Assembly: GCA_050633245.1 (NCBI GenBank) | Contig: JBOEGD010000011.1 | Coordinates: 460,985-524,984 of the forward strand | Direction of reading: 5' to 3' | Source of the DNA: Calditrichia bacterium | Lineage (GTDB): Bacteria; Calditrichota; Calditrichia; RBG-13-44-9; J075 | DNA length: 64,000 nucleotides | Shown here: positions 29,170-38,504 of the stretch, one piece after another | How positions within the stretch are numbered: position 1 is the stretch's first letter | How the letters are laid out: every line of letters begins with the position of its first letter | Position numbers and translations under genes: made by a program | Notes under the pieces: generated by a model | Database searches by the model: none | What the model saw: only the letters and a program-made list of their open reading frames with translations | What the model was told of the DNA's origin: nothing

Positions 29170-31497
29170 TTATTTTACGATTATCAGTTTACCGAAATAG
29201 GTTTCGCCTGCCGGATTACTAACGTGATAAAAATACACACCGGAAGCCATGTCCTGATTGTTTCTGGAAACCTGGAATGTCGCAGCCTGACCAGCCTGCG
29301 GATTATCGTGTTCGATCGTCTCAATCAGCTGCCCGCTAAAGCTATAAATTCGAATCGTAGCACGCGGCGTAAGTCCATAAAAGCGGATCGAATTTGCTTC
29401 ATTATTGCCTTCAAACCCGGAGTTCACGACAAATGGATTCGGAACAGCAATCACATCGCTCAGTTGGTCTACCGGTGCAATATTTTTCTTGTGCTCAGTG
29501 AAGTTGGTTCGACCACTTTGTCCACCATTTATATCCACAGATGTAACAGCGTAGAATTTAGTCTCCCCTACCCTAAAGCTCTGATCGGTATCTTCAAATT
29601 CATACAGATTGTCTGCATTTACCTGTCCAACGTCTACAGAGTCGATTAACACAAAAGGACCGGCAGACAGATCGGATCGAAAGATATAGAACTTCGACAA
29701 AGCTCCCTGTAGACGAGGATGCGTGAAATTCTCAACAGAGCGTTTCCAGTTTATCAAAACCGAAGAGTTAGGCGTATTGGCTACTTCAATAACGGGAGCT
29801 GGAAATGGAACCGGAATCTTATATTTATTGGTATTTGCAGACGGACGCGGCTGATCTTCCGGAAATATCAAACCAGTTGGAAATGGTTCCTGATGTAGCG
29901 GACCATAGCCGTCACTATCCATCGGAATATCCATTCCCTGATAGGCCTCATGCGCCTTGTGAGCTACCTGCTGCACTGTAATCACGTCTGAGTTCACATG
30001 ATCGGGATAACCGAAGTCATCAATATAGTTTTCAGTCATTACCTGGCCGTCAAGTTCAATGCGGCGATTCCAGTCTCTTACCTGAAAGAATTGACTACTT
30101 CGCTGTCCACCAAGCGTACGCTTTCCGGCAGTACCACCATAGCCGACAACCTCGGCATAGGCAAATTCCAGTTTGTCACCAATAGACATATTGTAAGGAC
30201 CAAAACCCGATATGGCCATTCCACCATTGTAGCTTTCATCCCACTCAAAGCGAGCGCGGCCTTTCCAGTTGCGGCCACCTGGTAAGACATAGCGATTACC
30301 GTCTGACGGCTGACCGGATGGCACACCAACCTCACCATACACTGTCCACCAGCGCTCATCGAGCGTTGCTGCGCGATCAATCATCTTTGGCGAACGTGTA
30401 TTCGGCGTTCCGGTTTTTATATTCCACGGCTGCTTAATGTAACCGTTCGCATCCGTTTCAAAGTAACTATTACTGCCATCGCGCAACATAAAGCTGGCGT
30501 AGTCAGATTCGTTGCGTGAAGCATCGAGCGGGTCAACAATGGCCAGATTATTAGTGTCCCAATACAACATGGCATAGCCCGGGCAGGCTGCGCCAAGAAG
30601 TCCGCCACCATTTTTACCAGTGGTAGCAAATTCCATAAACAACTCTGGATTTGGTTCCGGCTTTGCAGCCAGGAGTTCATTCACATCTGCGGTTCCGGTG
30701 CGCGTTGCAGTTTGCCAGATCAACCAGTAATCCGGATCCATCGAGTAATGTTGGTCGGTGCGATAAATACCTCCGGTATCGCCATAAAACCACGGCGTGC
30801 CATAATGGCGACCATAAGCCAGTTGAGACGGTCCAAGGCCGTAGTTTACGTGAAAAAGCACGTCTTTTAGATTTGCTGTGCGCTCAATCGTTGAAGGATC
30901 ACCGTCTGTGTTACCGGTATACTCCAGTTCATATTCATAGATAATCATATCATCGTAGTCTGGATAGCTCCAAACGCGTGACGTACGAGTTATGGTTATA
31001 CCCACCAAAGTGGCCCACTTTGCAATAATAATTTCCTCTGCTTCATCGGGGTCATAAGCGGGGTTCAGCTCACCGTCCGGTAGCAACGGAAAGTTCTCGA
31101 TCTCTTCGAGAGACAATGGGAAGCTCCAACGATCGAAGGGCAACTCCGTCGTAGTTCTGGTTCCGGTGCCTCCACAAAATGCGAAAATGCGATTGTCATT
31201 TCCGGTAAGACCTTCTTCGTTCGCAGAAACATAGACGCCTGCTCCCCAGCAGTTATTAAAGCCATCGTATTCGATGTTTTCAATAACCGTGCGCGACCGC
31301 GGCGGCCATTCCATTAACGGTAAATTTGTCTCGGCATAGACAATCCAGGGACGAGCAATTGTTCCGGTATTGTACACCGTTTGGTGAATCATGCCGCGGT
31401 CGTGTATTTTAAAATCCCTTACCTGAGCAGAAAGCTCCGTCAGTGAAAACGACATCAGCATAATCATCAGTATTTTTAAGCAGTTTGTGGGCTTCAT
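29170..31497 (-). CDS. Secreted hypothetical protein with Fn3-like module and variant T9SS-type CTD
   Basis: SPI-type signal with no lipobox; 'PFPAPVIEV...VLINW...YYA-like KFYAVTSVD'; CTD 'VIAVPNPF...IRFYGL...IRIYSFSGQLI...ASGVYFYHV...GKLIIVK'. Confidence 0.75.
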   Translation of the reverse strand: MKPTNCLKILMIMLMSFSLTELSAQVRDFKIHDRGMIHQTVYNTGTIARPWIVYAETNLPLMEWPPRSRTVIENIEYDGFNNCWGAGVYVSANEEGLTGNDNRIFAFCGGTGTRTTTELPFDRWSFPLSLEEIENFPLLPDGELNPAYDPDEAEEIIIAKWATLVGITITRTSRVWSYPDYDDMIIYEYELEYTGNTDGDPSTIERTANLKDVLFHVNYGLGPSQLAYGRHYGTPWFYGDTGGIYRTDQHYSMDPDYWLIWQTATRTGTADVNELLAAKPEPNPELFMEFATTGKNGGGLLGAACPGYAMLYWDTNNLAIVDPLDASRNESDYASFMLRDGSNSYFETDANGYIKQPWNIKTGTPNTRSPKMIDRAATLDERWWTVYGEVGVPSGQPSDGNRYVLPGGRNWKGRARFEWDESYNGGMAISGFGPYNMSIGDKLEFAYAEVVGYGGTAGKRTLGGQRSSQFFQVRDWNRRIELDGQVMTENYIDDFGYPDHVNSDVITVQQVAHKAHEAYQGMDIPMDSDGYGPLHQEPFPTGLIFPEDQPRPSANTNKYKIPVPFPAPVIEVANTPNSSVLINWKRSVENFTHPRLQGALSKFYIFRSDLSAGPFVLIDSVDVGQVNADNLYEFEDTDQSFRVGETKFYAVTSVDINGGQSGRTNFTEHKKNIAPVDQLSDVIAVPNPFVVNSGFEGNNEANSIRFYGLTPRATIRIYSFSGQLIETIEHDNPQAGQAATFQVSRNNQDMASGVYFYHVSNPAGETYFGKLIIVK

Positions 31498-31554
31498 ACA
31501 TCATGCTCCATTTATTGAAAGCTATTGTATTTACTTTTAACAAAACATTTTCAT

Positions 31555-34464
31555 TTAGAACTTCAGTTCAAGACCAAAGCGATAATGTCTGGGTTGATTC
31601 CCGTAGAGAAAGCCCTCAAGACTGGTAACCAGTGGTGCGAATTGGTCTTGAGTCAACAGGTTCTCGCGATCTGTCTCATACTTCTCTTTAAATAAATTCT
31701 GTATCCCAGCAGGATCTTCAAAAGTACGAGTGTAATTAAACACCTTATCGTTCAGTAGATTAAACGCCTCGAAGTAGAACCGCATATCCGTTTTGTTAAA
31801 ACGCAGTCCCTTGTTCAAGCGTACCTTTAGATTGTGCTCAGTAGGCGTTCTGCGATTAAACTGCAGTCCCTGTCCTGAAGGATCCCAGGTGTATGGACGC
31901 CCTGAGAGCATGCGATAGGTTCCTGTAATGGAAGTCTTGGCAAATGGGCGAAAACCAAAAACTTCCGGGCCGGACTTGTCGTTGGTGTTCATACTTGAAT
32001 TGACAACAAGCTTGTGGGTTCGATCGTAATCGAGAAAGACGTCTTCCGGGCTGGCAAGCTCGGTTTCAATACCACGTTCGTCAAATGTCGAGCGTGTTCC
32101 ACTTCCGGTAGCGCTACCACTTTTACCTTTAGCGGATTCCCAGTTGTAGCGAATCGATCCGCCAAACATCCCGCGATTACGCTCCAGGTTTACCTGAAAC
32201 CCTTTGATGTTTGCATATTCGCGATTGTCGAATGTGAAGTAACGGACCGCGTTGTTATCTACATAATCAGCAAACTGCAGAAGGTTCGTTACATCTTTCA
32301 GATAGGAACTGACGTCGAGATAAAAACCCAGCGGCAAACTGTAAACCAGGCCAACATCATAAGAGATTGTTCGTTCCGGCTCTAATCGCGGATTGCCAAG
32401 ACGTTCGTAATTCGGAGACTCATCTGCTTTCAAACGATCGACCAAAACGCGCTCGAAAGCAGGACGCTGAGTAAACACACCATAATTCAGGTGCATAACC
32501 GCTTTTTCAGAAACCGGAAATGAGATACCAATTCTCGGTTGAGCAAAAATCTCGAAAGAAGTGTCTTCTTTATCTGCCAGCTCTTCATCGTAGAACGACC
32601 CTTGTGTCGGATCATTCGGATCAAAATTAGGATTGCGATAAGGTGAGAATTTATCCGTAAAGTAATCCGTATTAAAGTCGTAGAAATCTAAACGTGCACC
32701 AAGATTTGCAATAATACCTTCAAACTCCAGCTTATCCTGAACGTAAAGAGCACCTTCGTATGGATTATTCTTGTAGTTCTCCAGGCGTAAAGAAGCCAGG
32801 TTCGTTCGGCTGCGAAGATAACTCACATCGATATCGTAATAATTGAGCTGAAAACCGGCCTTCAGAAGGTTGTACTTGTCAATTTGGCTGGTAACGCTTG
32901 TGTTCAGCGCATACGTTTTTGTCGCTTCTGTTCCTGTTGTGGTCTCCAGTTTACCAACCTGATAACCGGTTGGTGCCGTGTAGTCGCGCCAATTTATAGA
33001 GTTCCCATACAAATCAGATAACGTGCTGTCACCTAATAATTCCACATTACGATCTTCAAAAGTAGAAAGACGGCTAAACTTTACATCAATAAAAGTTGAC
33101 GTGCTCCATAAATGATTCCAGTTAAAACCAAATTGATGCGTCGTATTCGTTTCCTTTGCAACGTTTAGAATATTTTCAAACCAGCGGAAATAATTGCTGG
33201 TAATTGCGTTTTCATAGCCGTTATTGAAGTTATAAAGGATTTGGAACTTGTTACTATCGTTTGGCTTAAACGTAACGTTCGAGGCAATTTGACGGGAGAC
33301 ATCCGGGCGTCCCGTTGGCAAAAACGGCTGCACAATTTGCTGTTGTGCAGCGACAAAGAACGTTGCCTCATCAGAAATAGGACCGCCAGTTGAGAAATCA
33401 ACACGATAATCCGGGGCATCGTATTCCATACCGATAGCGCGAACAGACTGCAGCCAAAGCACACGAATCAGTTCAGCAGTTCGCACAGAATCGGCACGAC
33501 TAATTGGCTGCGGAGGGAAAACGATCGGCGCCGGTGGTAAATAGCGGTCAAAACCCAAACCGAAATGCGACCACAATAAAACTCCGGAAATCGGGTCTGT
33601 TCCAAAGGCCCACTCTTCCGGGTTATTTAGCGTCTCAAAATACTCATTGTAGTCTTCGCCGAAGACACTTCCACCATGCGTTTTGTAATACGAGTTTGTT
33701 GAAGACACATCGACATTGGTTTTCCACTCAAGACTTGACCCCTCTTTGGCTATCAAATTGATAACGCCAGACTGCACATTACCATATTCCGCACTGAATC
33801 CTGAGGTGTAAACTTCCACCTCTTTTAAACCTATTGCAATGGGATCAAATGACCGGCCGCTATTTAGCGGATTCACAATGGAAGCACCGTTGACCAGATA
33901 AAGAGACTCACCCGTTCGTCCGCCACGAAAGTGTCCGTCATTAACATCGGCCTGCAGGTTCAAAATATCTCCGACAGAATTAATTCCCGGCAAATTTTCC
34001 AAATCATCCAGACTGTAGCTGACCTTGGTCGCTGTGACATCCTTCTCTACCTTTTGGGGCACAAAAGCAAGCACTTCAACTTCTTGTCCTTCAATCACCT
34101 GGGCTTCTACTTCAAAGTTCAGCTCGGTTGTTTTATCAATCTGAACTTTTACGCCGGTTACCTTTTGGCTGGAATAACCAATATAATTGGTAGAAACAGT
34201 ATAAATGCCCGGAGGGACGTTCAGAATAAAATAAAAACCATCCACATCAGTAGATGCACCATAAGCTGTTTCCAGAGGAACTTCCAGACCGTCGACCCAT
34301 TTGGCCGTAATAACAATATTTGCACCAATCAAAACATCGCCATTAGACTTGTCTGACACCTTACCGGCGATCTTACCAGTTTCTCCAGCGTATCCGCTGA
34401 GAGAAAACAGCAGTATCAGCAAGCAGCTCAGGCTTAAGGATAACGTGGTTTTTGTGTGACTCAT
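31555..34464 (-). CDS. TonB-dependent receptor (non-SusC type)
   Basis: Start 34464 after GAGG. 'GKIAGKVSDKSNGDVLIGANI', plug 'HFRGGRTGESLYLVNG...SGFSAEYGNVQSGVIN', 'GNPRLEPERTISYDVG', C-terminal 'LELKF'. Confidence 0.92.
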   Translation of the reverse strand: MSHTKTTLSLSLSCLLILLFSLSGYAGETGKIAGKVSDKSNGDVLIGANIVITAKWVDGLEVPLETAYGASTDVDGFYFILNVPPGIYTVSTNYIGYSSQKVTGVKVQIDKTTELNFEVEAQVIEGQEVEVLAFVPQKVEKDVTATKVSYSLDDLENLPGINSVGDILNLQADVNDGHFRGGRTGESLYLVNGASIVNPLNSGRSFDPIAIGLKEVEVYTSGFSAEYGNVQSGVINLIAKEGSSLEWKTNVDVSSTNSYYKTHGGSVFGEDYNEYFETLNNPEEWAFGTDPISGVLLWSHFGLGFDRYLPPAPIVFPPQPISRADSVRTAELIRVLWLQSVRAIGMEYDAPDYRVDFSTGGPISDEATFFVAAQQQIVQPFLPTGRPDVSRQIASNVTFKPNDSNKFQILYNFNNGYENAITSNYFRWFENILNVAKETNTTHQFGFNWNHLWSTSTFIDVKFSRLSTFEDRNVELLGDSTLSDLYGNSINWRDYTAPTGYQVGKLETTTGTEATKTYALNTSVTSQIDKYNLLKAGFQLNYYDIDVSYLRSRTNLASLRLENYKNNPYEGALYVQDKLEFEGIIANLGARLDFYDFNTDYFTDKFSPYRNPNFDPNDPTQGSFYDEELADKEDTSFEIFAQPRIGISFPVSEKAVMHLNYGVFTQRPAFERVLVDRLKADESPNYERLGNPRLEPERTISYDVGLVYSLPLGFYLDVSSYLKDVTNLLQFADYVDNNAVRYFTFDNREYANIKGFQVNLERNRGMFGGSIRYNWESAKGKSGSATGSGTRSTFDERGIETELASPEDVFLDYDRTHKLVVNSSMNTNDKSGPEVFGFRPFAKTSITGTYRMLSGRPYTWDPSGQGLQFNRRTPTEHNLKVRLNKGLRFNKTDMRFYFEAFNLLNDKVFNYTRTFEDPAGIQNLFKEKYETDRENLLTQDQFAPLVTSLEGFLYGNQPRHYRFGLELKF

Positions 34465-34513
34465 AACAACCTCGGTTACTTTGTTCATTACAACTAGTTT
34501 TAGTTGACTCATC

Positions 34514-35809
34514 TTATAAGCCAAGCAATCTTGGCAGGAACATGGTTATTTCGGGTACATAGGTAATTATCAACAGTGCCAATACCATGGCAATGTACAT
34601 CGGAAGCAGTGGGCGTATAATGCTGGCAATAGAAACTTTGGCAACACCACAGCCCACAAAAAGCACGGTGCCAACAGGCGGTGTGCACAGACCGATGCAA
34701 AGGTTAAAAATCATCATAATTCCGAAGTGCAGTGGGTCGATCCCCATGCTAATAGCAATCGGTAAAAAGACCGGCGTGAAGATTAGTATTGCCGGCGTCA
34801 TATCCATAAAGGTGCCAACCATCAATAAAATCAGATTCATGATCAGCAGAATAACAATCGGATTATCGCTCAGTGCCAATAACGAAGCCGTTATCGTCTG
34901 CGGAATACTTTCATAAGCCAAAAGCCATGAAAGTCCCATCGACGTACCAATCAGCAGCATTACTACCGATGTGGTTACGCTGGAATCCAACAGGATCTGT
35001 TTTAAGTCGGAAAAGCTGACTTCTTTATAGACCAGCATTGACAAGACGAGCGCATACACTACCGCAATGGCAGCAGCCTCGGTCGCCGTAAAGATTCCCG
35101 CTACAATTCCGCCGATTACAATAATGATTAGTGTTAGACTTAGTGCGGCATCAGCAAGCCTGCGAACGGCTTCACCAATAGTAACCCGCTCGGCACGGCC
35201 ATAGCCTTTTTTCGCTGCCACAACTCCGGCAACGGCCATAAGAGCAAGCCCTAGTAAAAGACCAGGTAAATATCCCGCTACGAAGAGGGCAGCAATAGAG
35301 ACACCACCACTTGCAAGCGAATAAATAATCAGAACATTACTGGGGGGAATAATCAATCCGGTGGTTGCAGACGAAACATTAACCGCTGCACTGAAAGAAG
35401 GATCGTAGCCATTTTCTACCATTCGCGGGTGCATAAAAGAACCAATCGCAGCCGCAGAAGCAATAGCTGAACCGGAGATTGCTCCGAACAACATTGCTGA
35501 AACTATATTTACGAAAGCAAGTCCACCCGGGAAGCTTCCAACCAAAGACTTTGCAAATTCGATAAGCCTCCTTGCCAGCCCGCCGCGCGCCATAAGGTTT
35601 CCGGAGAGTATAAAGAATGGAATTGCCAGCAATGTAAAACTATCCAAACCGGTTGCAATTCGTTGCGTCACGGTTCCAACAGCTGGCGTTATATCCATAT
35701 TCAGCATCATGGTAAATCCGGTTGCCAACGCAATACAATAAGCAATCGGAACGTTCATAAAAACCAGAACAGTAAAGCTAATCAGTAAGATGGCGATATC
35801 AGCGCTCAT
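34514..35809 (-). CDS. dctM: TRAP transporter large permease
   Basis: 'LLAIPFFIL', 'FGAISGSAIA', 'IIPPS', 'TATEAAA', 'IDPLHFG', 'TPPVG'. Confidence 0.95.
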   Translation of the reverse strand: MSADIAILLISFTVLVFMNVPIAYCIALATGFTMMLNMDITPAVGTVTQRIATGLDSFTLLAIPFFILSGNLMARGGLARRLIEFAKSLVGSFPGGLAFVNIVSAMLFGAISGSAIASAAAIGSFMHPRMVENGYDPSFSAAVNVSSATTGLIIPPSNVLIIYSLASGGVSIAALFVAGYLPGLLLGLALMAVAGVVAAKKGYGRAERVTIGEAVRRLADAALSLTLIIIVIGGIVAGIFTATEAAAIAVVYALVLSMLVYKEVSFSDLKQILLDSSVTTSVVMLLIGTSMGLSWLLAYESIPQTITASLLALSDNPIVILLIMNLILLMVGTFMDMTPAILIFTPVFLPIAISMGIDPLHFGIMMIFNLCIGLCTPPVGTVLFVGCGVAKVSIASIIRPLLPMYIAMVLALLIITYVPEITMFLPRLLGL

Positions 35810-36318
35810 GCCTGTCCTCCTGGGTTTGGTGCGCTTAACATAGACGACTTTTCTTCCAGTTGTCCGGTAAGTGCAGCAATTGAGTAGAAGATCATCAGCA
35901 GACCGCTAATGGGTAGTACCAAATAGATATAGCCAACCGGAAGTTGGAAAGCAGCTGAGAGTTGCTTAACCGTCAACGTGACGTATACCAGATAGCTGCC
36001 GCCATAGACAAAGAACAACGCCGAAAAAAGTATGATCATCGAATAGATAAAAATCTCAGAGAACTTCTTGGCCGATCCGGTGAGCTTTACAGTTACAATG
36101 TCGATACCCAGGTGTGCACGCAACCTTAGCGCATAAGCAGCACCCAACATACTGACCCATATCAACAAATACGTGGCCAGCTCCGCAGTATAGGAACTTG
36201 GATCGTTTAACACATATCGCGTAACTACCTGCCAGGTTACTACCACAACCATAAGGCCCATGATAAAAACGAGCAGCTTTTCTAAAACTTGATCGATTAT
36301 TGCGACAGCAGATTTCAT
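35806..36318 (-). CDS. dctQ: TRAP transporter small permease
   Basis: 'QVVTRY', 'ELATYLLIW', 'HLGID'; lies between dctP and dctM. Confidence 0.9.
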   Translation of the reverse strand: MKSAVAIIDQVLEKLLVFIMGLMVVVVTWQVVTRYVLNDPSSYTAELATYLLIWVSMLGAAYALRLRAHLGIDIVTVKLTGSAKKFSEIFIYSMIILFSALFFVYGGSYLVYVTLTVKQLSAAFQLPVGYIYLVLPISGLLMIFYSIAALTGQLEEKSSMLSAPNPGGQA

Positions 36319-37337
36319 GGCTGCACCTCCATAGAATCGTTTTCTACCGGTGTTTCGGGAAGCAAAGCCTTAATTTTGGAGGCCCAATTGCCAAGTTCAG
36401 AACCTTCGAGATCGGCATAAATCGGATCGACGATATCCTGAAACTTGGATTTGTCAGGACGAATCACTTTAACACCAGCTTCTTCAACTGCTTTCAATGC
36501 CTGGTTTGTCATATCGCCCCAAAGCTTGCGCTGTAAATCAAGTGATTCTCGCACGCTCTGATCAATCCATCCTTGCTGCTCTGCAGATAGCTTGTTCCAA
36601 GTATGCGTACTCATCACCAGCACATCGGGTGGCGCAGAGTGCTCATCCAACACAAAATAGTCGCAGAGCTCGTAAAACTTTTTTTGATAGAAGTTGGGTG
36701 GGTTATTCTCGGCACCATCAACGACTCCCTGCTGCAAAGCAGAATATAGTTCACTGTAAGCCAGTGGTGTTGCATTACCGCCAAGTAGATTGATTGTACG
36801 TATGGATAGATTGCTGCGCATAACGCGAATTTTGAGGCCGGCAAGATCTTCCGGTTCTTCAACCTTTTGCTGTGCCAGAAAGAAACTGCGAAAACCAGCA
36901 TCATAGTAACAGAGTCCACGCAGAAAATATGGCTCGCCCTGCAGTAGAATATCTCTTCCGATATCGCCTTTAAAAACCTGCCAGTAGTGGTCATCATCCC
37001 GAAATAAATAAGGTAGACTATAAACCCCCATAGCCGGTACGAAATTCTCGAGCACGCCCGCAGACACCTTTGTCATGTCCAATGAGCCAAGCTGTAACAG
37101 CTCAAGACTCTCGCGCTCATTTCCAAGCTGGCTACTTGGGTAGACTTCAATGCGTATTGTTCCATCAGACAACTCAGCCAGACGCGTCCCCATAAACTCC
37201 ATGCTTTTATGCACGGTTGAGTTCACATCCAACACATGTCCAACTCGCAGCAAGACCTCCTGTTTTTCCTCTGCACAGGAGCCCAGGAAAAACAGAAACA
37301 GAACGGAGGAACAAAAATGCGTAACAAATCGTTTCAT
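36315..37337 (-). CDS. dctP: TRAP substrate-binding lipoprotein
   Basis: Lipobox 'LGSC'; 'YPSSQLG', 'GLKIRV', 'ELYSALQQGVVDGAENN'. Confidence 0.93.
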   Translation of the reverse strand: MKRFVTHFCSSVLFLFFLGSCAEEKQEVLLRVGHVLDVNSTVHKSMEFMGTRLAELSDGTIRIEVYPSSQLGNERESLELLQLGSLDMTKVSAGVLENFVPAMGVYSLPYLFRDDDHYWQVFKGDIGRDILLQGEPYFLRGLCYYDAGFRSFFLAQQKVEEPEDLAGLKIRVMRSNLSIRTINLLGGNATPLAYSELYSALQQGVVDGAENNPPNFYQKKFYELCDYFVLDEHSAPPDVLVMSTHTWNKLSAEQQGWIDQSVRESLDLQRKLWGDMTNQALKAVEEAGVKVIRPDKSKFQDIVDPIYADLEGSELGNWASKIKALLPETPVENDSMEVQP

Positions 37338-37338
37338 A

Positions 37339-37683
37339 TTACTTTCCATTCAAGAACTCTTCACGGTGAGGAGTAAATACATCAATTAGAACACCATCCT
37401 CCAGACAAACACAGCCATGCAGTAAATTTTTAGGTACATAAAAGCAGTCACCATGATTCAAAACTGATTTCTCTCCATCAATCTCAACTTCAAAGCTGCC
37501 AGACTCGACGTAAGAGACCTGCCGATGATCGTGACGATGCAAAACGCCCACCGCACCTTTTTTAAACAGAACACGAACCAGCATTATATCGTCACCATAT
37601 CCGAGAATCTGACGGGTGATTCCTCCACCTAGGTCTTCAACTTTTATTTCTTTTGCTTTCACAAACACTTCAGACGCGACCAC
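37339..37683 (-). CDS. kdgF: KdgF-like cupin (linearisation of unsaturated uronate)
   Basis: 'GITRQILGY', 'HRHDHRQVSYVESGSFEV', 'HG', 'LIDVFTPHREEFL'; uronate-locus context. Confidence 0.85.
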   Translation of the reverse strand: MVASEVFVKAKEIKVEDLGGGITRQILGYGDDIMLVRVLFKKGAVGVLHRHDHRQVSYVESGSFEVEIDGEKSVLNHGDCFYVPKNLLHGCVCLEDGVLIDVFTPHREEFLNGK

Positions 37684-37722
37684 ACTGCCTCCAGGGTTGA
37701 TTTGAGTTCCGATATGTTCCGT

Positions 37723-38484
37723 TTAGATAAAGTAGAGGCCACTATTTATTTCAATAGACTCACCATTGATATACGACGACTTGTCTGTAGCCAAAAAGAG
37801 GACTGCGTTTGCAACATCTTCCGGCTGTCCTTCTCTTTCTGCAAGAGTTTTAGATGCTACCATCTTGCGAACGTCATCAGGAGTAAAGGTGTCATGAAAA
37901 GTAGTGGCTATTAAACCAGGGGAAACAGCATTTACACGGATTTTTCGTGGCTTTAACTCTTTAGCAAGTCCACGAGTAAAGGTCAAAGCAGCACCTTTAG
38001 ATGTGGAATAGGCAATTGCGCCACCGCCGCCGCCATCGCGACCGGCAAGTGAAGCCAGATTTACAATAGCACCGCCATCATTCATATTTTCAAGACATGC
38101 CTTCGTTACCAAAAACATGCTTTTCATGTTCACGTCCATAACTAAGTCCCAGAAGGCCTCATCCATTTCATGCATACGCTTGCGCGCCATTAAACCACCG
38201 GCATTATTAACAAGAACGTCAACGTTTCCGCCGAAATGCTCTTTTGCAGCCGCGGGTAGTTTTTGTGCTTCGGTCCATTTGGTCACATCCGCCTGAACAG
38301 CCACAGCCTTACCATCCATAGCAACAATTTGGCTAACAGTTTCTTCTGCACCAGCGGCACTGGAGTTATAATTCACAACAACAGAAGCGCCTTCCTCAGC
38401 TAATTTCAGACAAATATGGCGTCCAATATCACGCCCACCACCAGTAACTACAGCAATCTTTCCAGCTAAACTTTTCATTCTCAT
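37723..38484 (-). CDS. SDR oxidoreductase, probable DEH reductase
   Basis: 'TGGGRDIG', 'LVNNAGG', 'SLAGRDGGGGGAIAYSTSKG', 'PGLIATTFHDTFT'; lies between PL17 and kdgF. Confidence 0.8.
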   Translation of the reverse strand: MRMKSLAGKIAVVTGGGRDIGRHICLKLAEEGASVVVNYNSSAAGAEETVSQIVAMDGKAVAVQADVTKWTEAQKLPAAAKEHFGGNVDVLVNNAGGLMARKRMHEMDEAFWDLVMDVNMKSMFLVTKACLENMNDGGAIVNLASLAGRDGGGGGAIAYSTSKGAALTFTRGLAKELKPRKIRVNAVSPGLIATTFHDTFTPDDVRKMVASKTLAEREGQPEDVANAVLFLATDKSSYINGESIEINSGLYFI

Positions 38485-38504
38485 ACCGCCCCGATTTTCG
38501 ATAT

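Noticed and set aside
29170-31497. SusD call for the gene after the TonB receptor
   Set aside because: No lipobox cysteine and no TPR/SusD motifs; it ends in a CTD.
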